From Octopus bimaculoides (taxonomy: Eukaryota): 36,539 nucleotides of DNA. Every line of letters starts with the position of its first letter. Positions within the stretch are counted from its first letter, which is position 1. The DNA is taken from contig NC_068995.1 of the NCBI RefSeq assembly GCF_001194135.2, forward strand, positions 4,828,644-4,865,182. The letters run 5' to 3'. Position numbers and translations under genes: made by a program. Below are positions 1 to 11,464 of the stretch, piece by piece. Under the pieces are notes generated by a model. The model did not search any database, had not been told where the DNA came from, and saw only the letters and a program-made list of their open reading frames with translations.

Positions 1-90
1 GGTGAAGTCGATTTCTTCGACTAAACTCCTCTAAGCGGTGCCCCAGAATGGCCGCAGTCTAATGGCTGGAAAAAGTAAAAGACAAAAAGG
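1..90 (+). mobile_element. 3' tail of tRNA-derived SINE (cut by window edge)
   Basis: GCGGTGCCCCAGAATGGCCGCAGTCTAATGGCTGGAAAAAGTAAAAGA matches the tails of other copies in this window (21605-21665; reverse complement at 8810-8860 and 27120-27170). Confidence 0.75.
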
Positions 91-187
91 TAGATGATGA
101 TTTCCGTTGTTGTTACTCAGTTTCCACCTAACAACGGTCATTCAGAGCGAAAACTGAGTAGCCACTGAGCAGCCCATAAAACGCTCC

Positions 188-234
<47 letters not shown>

Positions 235-1294
235 TGTGTCATAGCAGAATGTTTCTCAGAGAATGTAGGGGATCCGAGAGAGTTGAAACGAGAGAAGGGG
301 ACAAACTACCGTGTTTTAATAAATTCAAAATGGCTTCCTACATTCTAAAGGCTGGCTAACGTCACGGTAGAAGGAAAACGTCTCATTAATAAGTGGGTAC
401 CCAGGAATGTTACTATTTCTGGTGGGGGTTTGGGGTTTGTGACAGGATTTGTCAATTAGAGAGCAGCTGACAGGAGTATACGGCTGTTGAATAGAAATAT
501 TTGGCTTAGGTGAATTGTGTTGAAGTATTTTATTGCTGGTTGGTAACCTGACAATGGGGGGGAACACGAAAGAAAAGAAGGAAACAAGGACAATAACAGC
601 ATCAGCCAAATTAAGGAATTTGAAACTAGCGGGCTCAGTTTCTCAATTAACTTCACTTTTTCCTTCCCCTTACACACACACCTTTACTTTTCTCTCTCCT
701 TTCTTCCCATGCCCCAGCCAATGGTGCCGTTAACTCGCGAAGAATTACGATTCTTCATTTGATGAATTTCAAAACATCTACAACGCATGCGGTTAGCATG
801 TAAAAGATATTTCATGCTGCGCCCTTCCTAACCCCAGACCATCATCGTAGCACACACACACACACACACGATTATTTTACTTTTTTCTTTACACTAGAAA
901 ATGGCTTGAGTACCCCACAATAATCTCTGTAGAAAGTTCACAGAGTTGATTTCTAAGAATTGTTTCTTCCTGTTTTTTCTTTTAAGAAAAAATGTCCCGA
1001 AATATATTTCGTGAAACTATTTTAAGGAATTGTTTATTTTTTTTTCTCTTTAAGATTACATATTTTAAAATCTAACGGAAAATCCATTATAAAGAGGAAT
1101 TAGATTTTTGTCTCGCCAAAGACTCCACAAAGAGCAGTTTTCGCAGAATAGATGAAATATTTAGAATTTACCGAGTAGGGAAGATATCACTGATACTTAT
1201 CACAGAACAGATTCCACGAATCAGAATTTACAAATTGCATTTCGCAGAATACATTTCGAGAAACAGATTTCGAAGAGGAAATTCCAACTCAGAA

Positions 1295-1500
1295 GTAACT
1301 TTACTCGACAGGGTAAATAGTTCGGAGATTAAGGAATCTCTCCAGGTTCAACCGCTACTTCTCTGCATTGAGAGGTCACAGCTCTGGTACGACAGATATA
1401 CGGTTAGAAGGTCGTCGGAAAGATTCGCAAGACGGATTGTTTAAGGCAAGTCAACCGGCAGGAGACCTAGGTGTACACCAAGAACGAAATAGTTGGATTC
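1295..1500 (+). mobile_element. RTE-clade LINE, decayed ORF2 C-terminal fragment
   Basis: Translates as LLDRVNSSEIKESLQVQPLLLCIERSQLW...ERFARRIV*GKSTGRRPRCTPRTK*LD. This resembles the RTE C-terminal pattern (IRE.LQVEPLLLRIERSQLRW.GH...GRRPRGRPRTRW.D). In-frame stops are present. Confidence 0.8.
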
Positions 1501-1559
1501 ACAGTACTGGTTGTTCTATTCATCCTTTCGATCGCTGAATACAAAACGTGGCTCCTGAG

Positions 1560-1755
1560 ATCCCCGTTGGGGTGATTTTACCGAGTCACCATCTCACACT
1601 TGTACGCCAATCTGTCACAAGGTTACTCATTTACAACTCAGTGGACGAGAGCAGCATGAAATGTATTTTGCTCAAGCATACCATGCACCACCGGTCCAGG
1701 AATTGAAAGCACGATCTCGCTATTGTGAGTGCAACACCCTAATCACTAAGCCACG
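1560..1755 (-). mobile_element. tRNA-derived SINE (partial, antisense)
   Basis: Reverse complement of a tRNA-like head (...CCAGGAATTGAAAGCACGATCTCGCTATTGTGAGTGCAACACCCTAATCACTAAGCCACG), similar to the + copy at 13352. Confidence 0.7.
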
Positions 1756-2222
1756 ATGTAGTTTATGTTTGGCTGAGAAATAGTATATCCTAAACCACCA
1801 CACCCCACAAAGAAACAGAAAGAGATCTGTTCTTCGCTTGTAAACATTGCATGAAATATTTGTTATATTTTTGAGGGCAACAAAGACATTACTATTGGCG
1901 TCACACATCACGTGAAACGTCTTTTTCTTCTTCTTTTTTTGCGCCAGCAACCACGAAAAAAAGTGTGTTGAACCTCACAGTAACTAAATTTCTGGATACT
2001 GGTGTGAAACCATGGTCTGGAGTTAGGTAAAGGTACTTTTTTGTGCATCACACGCACAAACACACATAAGCGATGTAAACACCGGCGAGAAAACGGAAAA
2101 GGTGGTGCATTTCGAATGCAATCCCTTATTATGTTTGTTTTACACCGAGGTACAATGATACTCCTTTGCCAATGGCAATAGGCTGAACCAGAAATTTATC
2201 CACCGGAATATTGTAATTAAAG

Positions 2223-2264
<42 letters not shown>

Positions 2265-2689
2265 TCCTTTAGCTTCATTTTACTATCACAAGGTTAAACA
2301 TACGAAGAGGAAGGCACACACATACATGCACACACAGTGTGTATATACATAACAGACACAAGCAGATAGCAGTATTAGGTCATCAAAGTTGACAAGAAAA
2401 GTTCTTCCAGCCTAAACCATTTATAAGAGCCATGGGAAAGAATTTCAGCAATTCAGAAATGTGACGTCATTGGTTGCAGATAAGATTTCGAAACGAAACG
2501 CGTAAATTGGAAGATTACCTCCATGTAGAATTTTCTGTCAATCCTCTCACATCTTCATTCTCTCTCTTTCTCCCTTCTTTTTCCTTCACACACATGTATC
2601 TATCTACATCCCTCTAGAATCCATGTCATTATAAGCGATATATTGTCATAGCATGCGGTCATATAATTGAGTGGCACTGGATGTGCGAA

Positions 2690-2733
<44 letters not shown>

Positions 2734-2869
2734 ACACTAAACAAACAAAATAGACACCACACAGTACGTTCTATTGATTATCATGCTATCATACTTATAC
2801 TGTTTACACACACACCCACACAGACACACACACACTCATACAAACACACATATTTACATATACATGTAT

Positions 2870-2906
<37 letters not shown>

Positions 2907-3092
2907 TATGTACATACATGTATACATACATGTATATATACATACATATATATATATACATACATATATATATATACATACATATATATATACATAGATG
3001 TATATATACATACATATATATACATTCATACATACATACGTACAGACATGTATATATACATACATATATACATGAATATATGCATTCATACA

Positions 3093-3125
<33 letters not shown>

Positions 3126-3724
3126 GTACACACACACATATATACATACACACATATATTATGCAACATTGAGATAACGATGTATAGATTATCTCGGTCG
3201 TTATCTGGCCACGAGATAACGTGATATATGGAAGACAGGGAGACATAAATATGAAGAGAGTGACATGCATAAATCTAACTCAACAGATCTCATTTAATTC
3301 CTGTTGATCCTGTTGTTGTTGTTGTTGCTGTTGCTGCCGTTCCTTTCATTGTACACCCCCATATACACACATTCGACCCCACCTCCCCGTCCGTAATGCA
3401 AAACTTGGTATAAAAAAAAACCCCCCAAAAAAAACAAGCAATATTTAACAAACTGTCTTCTGTTCTACAAACACAGTTGACTCATTCTGTCATCCCCTTA
3501 TCCTCTTATTCTCTTAGTCTCTTATTCTCACATTCACTCTCGTGGTTATTCGTTTTTGTTTCAGTACAATTATCCCAGATGTAACGTCGTACCTCCCAAT
3601 CGTCACACCGCCACCACGGACCAATCACAGAGCTGCTTCCTCGGCGTGCCAACCCGACCAGCAAGAAATAGCAACCAAATCACAAATCACACAATACTGT
3701 ATTATATAAAAGAACACATTTGTA

Positions 3725-4048
3725 AATGTACTCCTTGATACATTGCTTTCGTAACTCATTGGTCAATGTAGTCCTAGATGCACTGTGCTCGAATAACATT
3801 GGCTAATGTAGTCCTTGGTACATTATGCCCGAAAAACATTAATTAACGTAGTCCTAGACACAATGTGCCCGAATAACACATTGAATGATGTTCTCCTAGA
3901 TAAACTGTGCCCAAATGACTTAGCCCGACTAGCACTTCATTTAGTCCGAGATATACTCTGTCCGAATAATACTTCGGATCATATAGTCCTAGATACACTA
4001 TGCCCGAATAACACTTTGGGTCATGTAGTACTAGATATACTATGCTCG
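3725..4048. repeat. Diverged 40-42 bp minisatellite, about 8 units
   Basis: Unit approximates AATGTAGTCCTAGATACACTGTGCCCGAATAACATTGGTC. The CCTAG-like anchor recurs at 3733, 3773, 3813, 3853, 3895, 3946, 3988 and 4030. Confidence 0.9.
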
Positions 4049-4079
4049 TGTAGGGCACTGGTCGGCAGAAAAAAAAAAG

Positions 4080-4242
4080 GAGGTCGACTTTGCCTTTCAT
4101 CCTTTCAGAGTCGATGAAATAAGTAACAGTTACGCACTGGGGCCGATGAAATAAGTACCAGTTACGCATGTAATCGACTAGCCCCCTTCCTCAAAATTTC
4201 AGGTCTTGTGCCTACAATAGAAAGGAATATTATTATTATTAT
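4080..4242 (+). mobile_element. SINE body and tail with internal tandem duplication
   Basis: GAGGTCGACTTTGCCTTTCATCCTTTC..GTCGATGAAATAAGTA.CAG core. The segment GATGAAATAAGTA.CAGTTACGCA occurs twice. Ends in an (ATT)n tail. Confidence 0.85.
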
Positions 4243-4410
4243 TTAGGCTGTGAGCTGGCAGAATCGTTAACAGGTCGAGCAAACGCCACTGAGGTCGACT
4301 TTACCTTCCATCTTTTCAGGGTTGATAAATCAAATACCAGTAATGCACTGGGGTCGATGTAATCGACTAATCCCCTTCCACGAAATCACTGGCCTTGTGC
4401 CAAAATTAAA
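4243..4410 (+). mobile_element. SINE, same family, internally deleted
   Basis: Head GGCTGTGAGCTGGCAGAATCGTTA, then GAGGTCGACTTTACCTTCCATC...GGGGTCGATGTAATCGACT...GGCCTTGTGCC. Matches the copy at 13928. Confidence 0.85.
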
Positions 4411-5879
4411 AAAGTCAATATGACGTCACAAATACTCCAGCCTTTGTCCCACAGACTTGCTGTGTTTCCTCCCTCTGCTTTTTTCCACCACTACTACAAC
4501 GGTCTCTATTCTTTACAACCAGCTGGTCTTGTGCCGCGATGCTCCCCCCCAACCATATAAGCAGTTGTCTCCCTTTCTTTCATCGCACAGAACTGGTGGC
4601 ACATCATTCAACCCAAGGCCTTCCTGCGGTCGAAACCTTTGTGCACTATCCCTCCCTCCCTCTAAACTCATATAAAAATCACAAATGCCACCACCACCAA
4701 CAACAACATAAAAAAACGGCAAGAAGTTCTTCACCGAATCGATCCTATAATCATCGAATAAGTTCTTCCTTTTCCATGTCTTTAACCTTGGCTTTGTCTC
4801 TCAGAGTTCTATGACGTCCNNNNNNNNNNNNNNNNNNNNNNNNNNNNNNNNNNNNNNNNNNNNNNNNNNNNNNNNNNNNNNNNNNNNNNNNNNNNNNNNN
4901 NNNNNNNNNNNNNNNNNNNNNNNNNNNNNNNNNNNNNNNNNNNNNNNNNNNNNNNNNNNNNNNNNNNNNNNNNNNNNNNNNNNNNNNNNNNNNNNNNNNN
5001 NNNNNNNNNNNNNNNNNNNNNNNNNNNNNNNNNNNNNNNNNNNNNNNNNNNNNNNNNNNNNNNNNNNNNNNNNNNNNNNNNNNNNNNNNNNNNNNNNNNN
5101 NNNNNNNNNNNNNNNNNNNNNNNNNNNNNNNNNNNNNNNNNNNNNNNNNNNNNNNNNNNNNNNNNNNNNNNNNNNNNNNNNNNNNNNNNNNNNNNNNNNN
5201 NNNNNNNNNNNNNNNNNNNNNNNNNNNNNNNNNNNNNNNNNNNNNNNNNNNNNNNNNNNNNNNNNNNNNNNNNNNNNNNNNNNNNNNNNNNNNNNNNNNN
5301 NNNNNNNNNNNNNNNNNNNNNNNNNNNNNNNNNNNNNNNNNNNNNNNNNNNNNNNNNNNNNNNNNNNNNNNNNNNNNNNNNNNNNNNNNNNNNNNNNNNN
5401 NNNNNNNNNNNNNNNNNNNNNNNNNNNNNNNNNNNNNNNNNNNNNNNNNNNNNNNNNNNNNNNNNNNNNNNNNNNNNNNNNNNNNNNNNNNNNNNNNNNN
5501 NNNNNNNNNNNNNNNNNNNNNNNNNNNNNNNNNNNNNNNNNNNNNNNNNNNNNNNNTTAAGAAAAATTTAAATTTAAAAAGAAAAATCACACAATCGTAA
5601 TCTCTGTATTTTTATACGTGGTTAAAAGAGGAAAAAAAAAAAAGAATTCGGAAAAAGTTAAAAACTAAGGAAATGGGCGTGGGGTGGGAATTAAAAATTT
5701 TAAAACGTGATTTTTGGGTAAAATCGTATTCTTCTATATCGAAACATAGAAATCCGAAAAAAAAATTTGGAGAAAAAAAATCGGAAATGGGTGGTGTGCA
5801 CGCGCTTTACCTGCACGCAGGTAGAAGAGACTCACATATGTGGATACCTGTTGGTCTTCTTTAAATACATAACCCAGGC

Positions 5880-6150
5880 TTGAACCTTGGACCGGAAGTT
5901 TCGAGGTGCACGTCCATGGTGACAAGACATACACAGTTACAGGGTAATCTATAGATGCATACTTTTGAGCATGTTTATTTACGCTGACTATTTTACGCAC
6001 GGTCACTTGAAAAAGCTGATGAAGGCTTGGACGAAGGGAAAGGTGTCTGCCCTCATTTCTTTCAGCCTCATCCACCACACGACCTACTGTAGCCACAAAG
6101 GTCCGGACACTGCTTCCTGCACCTTGTTGAATGTGGAGAATCACATTCCG
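5880..6150 (-). mobile_element. Probable L1/Tx1-like LINE 3' end relic
   Basis: A stop-interrupted minus frame reads VVWWMRLKEMRADTFPFVQAFISFFK. This resembles a C-terminal motif I recall from octopus Tx1-like ORF2 (EVVWWTRLKGL.T.TFLSGQ.LINFFK). Recall only, not searched. Confidence 0.55.
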
Positions 6151-7019
6151 GCGTCTTAGAAAAAAATGGTCAGATCAGATAATGTGATCTGGGCTTTTTT
6201 TTTTTTTTGCGCATAAGAAAAAGACGGGACAGTCACGGCTGGGAACCATTTGATCATAATTCTCGTCTATCATAATTTATTTGGGGTTAAACAACAGAAA
6301 CACACGCGCACACGCACAAAACAGAAAAAACGTCATGCACACACACACACTCACACAAAACATCACACACACTCTCACACATACAAAACATCACACACGC
6401 ACTTGCACAAAGCATCATACACACACACAAAACATTACACACATACACACACAAAACATCACATGCACACACACACACACAAGGGAGAAAAATAAAAATA
6501 AACTTGAAATATGAAATTGTTAGTTTTATGTTATTTAATGTGACAAGTAAGTTGACATGTGAACTGGAGTCTAGCAACTGTGGAGGTCAAAAGGTTAAAC
6601 TGATGACATGGGGTCACAGCAACGAAATTAAGAGTGTCAAGGTCGGACAGATTTCCTAGAAAAATAGGCAAAGGAAAGATAACCGGTGAGGGTCATAATT
6701 GGCGGGGTGAAGAGGGAGCTTTATAAAAACTATTTAATAATTGAGCTAATGAGGGGACCGTCACGTATTTGTTTGACGGGCCAGAAATAAGTCGTAATCT
6801 CGAATCATTTTGAAGGTCTTAATCTTCAAAGAGACAAGAGGGGGTTCTCCGTCTCTCTCGACGATGAGCATTCAGTTGTTCATGCAGTTGAATTTATATG
6901 CGTGAAATTTAAGTGTGGATGGCTGAGTATTCCTACTGGTATGTGCGATTCCGTAACATAGTGTTTGGATAGAAGCAGCATGACACTGTGTGTGTGTGTG
7001 TGATAAGGGTGGACTGTTG

Positions 7020-7230
7020 AATTAAGAGTGTAATAGAAAGAGATAGAGAAAGGAGAGGAAAAGAGAAGTTGAAAGAAAGAGAAAAGAGAGGGAGAGGAGA
7101 AATAGAGAGAAAGAGAAGTGAGAGAGGGAGGAGAAAGCGAGAGATAAAAGAGAAGAAAGAAAGAGAAAAAAGGAGAGAGAGACAACGAGAAAGAGAGAAA
7201 ACAAGGAAGGAAGGAAGAAAGAAAGAAAGA
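7020..7230. repeat. Polypurine (GA/GAA/GAAA) low-complexity tract
   Basis: Direct inspection. Confidence 0.9.
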
Positions 7231-8319
7231 AATGGGGGAGCGTTGGGAAATCAACCTCAGTATTTGGCAGAGTGAATTGAAAGTTATTTAGCTACTATTT
7301 CTAACACATCTCTCGGCCATGCTGTGTCTGCCATTATTCGTCTCAAGTCAGAAGACGGATGTTAAAATAGATTTTACTGACAGTTATTAGCAATTTAATT
7401 TGTGGGTTTCTAGGTTAATTGTAACCCCNNNNNNNNNNNNNNNNNNNNNNNNNNNNNNNNNNNNNNNNNNNNNNNNNNNNNNNNNNNNNNNNNNNNNNNN
7501 NNNNNNNNNNNNNNNNNNNNNNNNNNNNNNNNNNNNNNNNNNNNNNNNNNNNNNNNNNNNNNNNNNNNNNNNNNNNNNNNNNNNNNNNNNNNNNNNNNNN
7601 NNNNNNNNNNNNNNNNNNNNNNNNNNNNNNNNNNNNNNNNNNNNNNNNNNNNNNNNNNNNNNNNNNNNNNNNNNNNNNNNNNNNNNNNNNNNNNNNNNNN
7701 NNNNNNNNNNNNNNNNNNNNNNNNNNNNNNNNNNNNNNNNNNNNNNNNNNNNNNNNNNNNNNNNNNNNNNNNNNNNNNNNNNNNNNNNNNNNNNNNNNNN
7801 NNNNNNNNNNNNNNNNNNNNNNNNNNNNNNNNNNNNNNNNNNNNNNNNNNNNNNNNNNNNNNNNNNNNNNNNNNNNNNNNNNNNNNNNNNNNNNNNNNNN
7901 NNNNNNNNNNNNNNNNNNNNNNNNNNNNNNNNNNNNNNNNNNNNNNNNNNNNNNNNNNNNNNNNNNNNNNNNNNNNNNNNNNNNNNNNNNNNNNNNNNNN
8001 NNNNNNNNNNNNNNNNNNNNNNNNNNNNNNNNNAAAAATTTTAACAAAACGCCAGCTTAAACAAAACACCAAGCAGTAATTGAAGTAGATGGTGAATATG
8101 CTCCGGAATAATCATTTAAAGATGTTTTTGTTAAATGGAGAACTGAAGCAATTGGTTCATAATTTCATAGAATAATTACTAACTTATGTAGAATTAATTT
8201 TAATGATTCAAGCAATTGGTTCGACTAGCTAGGAATTTACTGCGTCATAGAAGCACGTGCGTGCACGCACGCGCACACGCACACACACTTGTAATAATAG
8301 CACACGCAAACAGATGTAT

Positions 8320-8680
8320 GCTCTTTTGTTTCAGGTTATGGATCACGACCATGCTGGGGCACCACTCGGAAGAATTAGTCAAAACAAACCGATTCCAGTG
8401 TATATTTTGAGTCTGGAATGTATATTTATTCTATCGTTCGCTTTTCATCGAATCGCTAATTTACAGAGACCTAAACAAACCAACACCGGTTGCCAAGCGC
8501 TTGGGGTGGGTGCCAAACACAAAGACGCACACGACAGGCTCCTCTAGATTCCATTTCCCAAATTCACTCGTAAGGCATTGGTCAGCTCAGGATTATAGCA
8601 GAAGACATTTGCCCAAAGTGCTCGCGGTGGGATCGAACCCGCACCAAAGTGGTTGCGAAGCGAACTACTCAACTACACGT
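8320..8680 (-). mobile_element. Diverged SINE (antisense)
   Basis: Contains GACCATGCTGGGGCACC, CAAACCAACACCGGTTGCCAAGCG and CCAAATTCACTCGTAAGGCATTGGTC...TTGCCCAAAGTGC..GGGATCGAACCC. Colinear with the copy at 27113-27461. Confidence 0.75.
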
Positions 8681-8804
8681 CCGTGTTTTGTGTGCGTGCT
8701 TGCGTATGTTTTTATCGCCCTGGGACCGGACATTCGTGATGAGGAAGTTTTATTTGCATGCAAATAAAAACTAGCGTCCTCCATTGTGGTCTTTATAGAA
8801 TCCG

Positions 8805-8985
8805 TAAATTCTTTCATTTGTTTCAGTCATTTGACTGCGGCCATGCTGGAGCACCGCCTTCAGTCGAACACATCGATCCCAGGACTTATTCTTTGTAAGC
8901 CTAGTACTTATTGTATTGGGGTCTTTTGCCGAACCGCTAAGTTACGGGGACGTAAACACACCAACATCGGTTGTCAAGCGTAGGT
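8805..8985 (-). mobile_element. SINE 3' half (antisense)
   Basis: CAGTCATTTGACTGCGGCCATGCTGGAGCACCGCC...GCCGAACCGCTAAGTTACGGGGACGTAAACACACCAACATCGGTTGTCAAGCG. Confidence 0.9.
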
Positions 8986-9136
8986 CTGTTTTCAGAGACT
9001 AAGTAACAGCGCCAAAGACACATTGGATACACAACGATCGAAAAAAAATTACGGGATGGTCGTGGATGGAATGCTATTGACCATAGCTGGAACTCCCATT
9101 CCTGTACTAGTACCAGTATTATACGTAGGTTGACTA

Positions 9137-9703
9137 CGAGGTAGATGCTGAAAAGTTCCTGGCTTTAAGAGTTTCGCGAAAGGTCTGGTTGGAGGCCCAA
9201 CCTTCCGAGTTCTTCCACAGGGCTTAGAGAAAAAATAAAAGACCACTACAATAAGTGTGTGACTATGAGAATATAGGAATAAAAATNNNNNNNNNNNNNN
9301 NNNNNNNNNNNNNNNNNNNNNNNNNNNNNNNNNNNNNNNNNNNNNNNNNNNNNNNNNNNNNNNNNNNNNNNNNNNNNNNNNNNNNNNNNNNNNNNNNNNN
9401 NNNNNNNNNNNNNNNNNNNNNNNNNNNNNNNNNNNNNNNNNNNNNNNNNNNNNNNNNNNNNNNNNNNNNNNNNNNNNNNNNNNNNNNNNNNNNNNNNNNN
9501 NNNNNNNNNNNNNNNNNNNNNNNNNNNNNNNNNNNNNNNNNNNNNNNNNNNNNNNNNNNNNNNNNNNNNNNNNNNNNNNNNNNNNNNNNNNNNNNNNNNN
9601 NNNNNNNNNNNNNNNNNNNNNNNNNNNNNNNNNNNNNNNNNNNNNNNNNNNNNNNNNNNNNNNNNNNNNNNNNNNNNNNNNNNNNNNNNNNNNNNNNNNN
9701 NNN

Positions 9704-9746
<43 letters not shown>

Positions 9747-9906
9747 GTTCATTTTTACCATATTTTTTCGATAGGTAATTCCTATAGATGACTATATTTT
9801 ATATTAATTTTAAATAAACTGAGACGAGAATATGTTGAATAAAATTATAACTGATCTTCCTGTATTTTCTTTTACCTAAGGCTAGGAGCTTTTCAATGCC
9901 CCCTCA
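9137..9906. mobile_element. Mariner-derived MITE interrupted by an insertion or gap
   Basis: Left end TA|CGAGGTAGATGCTGAAAAGTTCCTGGC and right end GCTAGGAGCTTTTCAATGCCCCCTCA|TA are imperfect inverted repeats with TA flanks. The interior keeps a mariner C-terminal remnant (GLEK...NKCV...EYVE*). A 417-N gap and (TA)n lie inside. Confidence 0.8.
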
Positions 9907-10559
9907 TATATTTGACCCCTGTCACAAATACACAAATTTGAACCTATTCTAGAAATCTATATTAAACCATACAGCTTCATTCATTCCTTTAGTCCTGTAT
10001 TCCGTTCGTCTTAGTAAATATTCGGTTCGTTATCTTCTAATTAATTTTTTCATCCAGACTTCTTATCATTTAATCAAAACCAGATAAGATGCCGTTACTT
10101 TAATCAGTAATCCGAGTTCACTGCACCTAATCTAATCAAGGACTTAGCAGCAATATTTTAAAACTCATTAAGATAATTTCTGTAGAATTAATGAACAACA
10201 TGTGGAGAAAATGTTATGAGACAGCTTATGTTTCTCATTTGTGATATGTTTCTCCCCAGCCCAATGGTATCAAGTTGTCTCAAGTTCGTTCCGAGTGCTT
10301 GGCATCTCGGTCTTGTGGGCCCCGAACTTGTGACTGAAATAAACGGAACTTCTACGGAAGTCTGTCGGATGGCTTCCGCATAGTTTATGCATGTACGTTT
10401 ACAGAAGATCTGAGTTCGAGTCCCACAGGTAGCCTTCGACTTGTTTTTTTATCCAAGGGGCTTTTTTCATCCGATATTTACACGGTATTATTTATAGCTT
10501 TATCTACTTCAAGTTCCACCGTTACAAACGAATTATTTCATTTATCGAAGTTTCAGAAA

Positions 10560-10596
<37 letters not shown>

Positions 10597-10729
10597 GTAA
10601 CTGGTTTTGTTACTGTTAGATTATTTTAACTGGTGAGACAACAAAAGATGCACCTCAGATTCAACAAAAAGAAGAAAGTTATTTCTTGCAGATTTTATTT
10701 TCCTGTGAATTCGACTTTAGGGTCATTAT

Positions 10730-10880
10730 GCAAAAGCTCTCATTTTACGAGATCGGCCGATTTACTGACCAATCATTTTAAAGCAATCATCGGATCACGT
10801 TCAGCACGTGATTCAACTTTCTAGAACTTACTCATGAATCTTATAAAAGGGGGATTTTTTCCGGACAGTAATTTCAGAAT
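10730..10880 (+). promoter_or_regulatory. Candidate TATA-containing Pol II promoter
   Basis: CCAAT 10769-10773, CACGTG 10805-10810, HSE-like tTTCtaGAAc 10818-10827 and TATAAAAG 10842-10849, in canonical order and spacing. Non-repetitive and CpG-containing. Motif evidence only. Confidence 0.5.
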
Positions 10881-11071
10881 ATCGAATCGGTTGTTTTAAC
10901 AACTCCAGTCTCAGTTTTTTTTGTTTTTTTTTTCCATTTTGTTTTTCATTCTCCAGTCGTGCAAATTGGAGATACAGTTATTTGCCGTCATGAATTTAGC
11001 ACGATGATTCCCCAGCTGAGACGGCCTGTCACAGATCGATACGTACCAGCTATTGTGTCGTAGACCCCACA

Positions 11072-11123
<52 letters not shown>

Positions 11124-11464
11124 AAATTGTTTCTTTTCTTTTTTATTCTCCATCCAAAAATCAACACCGAAAACACTGCAGAAAATAAAACTTGTTAATT
11201 ATTTGTGAGTGTTGCTTATCATTTTACACGCAGCCAACAGACTAACACAACCACGTGACACAAGCAAAAGGTCATGAATCCTCAACCATCTCCACTCTCC
11301 TTTCTCTTCCTCTCTCTCACTTTCTCTTTCTCTCTTTCCCTCCTCTCTTTCTCTCTCTCACTTCCTCTTTCTCTCTTTCCCTCCTCCTCCTCTCTCTCTC
11401 ATTCACACAGTAAAATAAAAATGTCCTTTTCTGATAAAAATCTAGTAAATTAATATTAATGGTG

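Noticed and set aside
2671-3270. Long YI/HT/VC-repeat ORFs (also 20129-20782, 22134-22508, 24092-25435, 31586-32878 and others)
   Set aside because: Translations of (TA)n/(CA)n microsatellites or runs of N.
3815-4117. ORF with VLD.LCPNNT repeats as a repeat protein
   Set aside because: It derives from a minisatellite whose first units are 40 bp (frame-breaking), starts at a non-ATG codon and runs into a SINE.
6016-6042. CTGATGAAGGCTTGGACGAAG
   Set aside because: No stem II and no GAAA; lies within a LINE relic.
5734-6144. 136-aa minus-strand ORF with GTGAGT/GTAAAG donor-like sites, as a host exon
   Set aside because: A different, stop-interrupted frame matches a Tx1-like LINE C-terminal motif. 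The acceptor would be a weak AAG and no host protein is recognisable.
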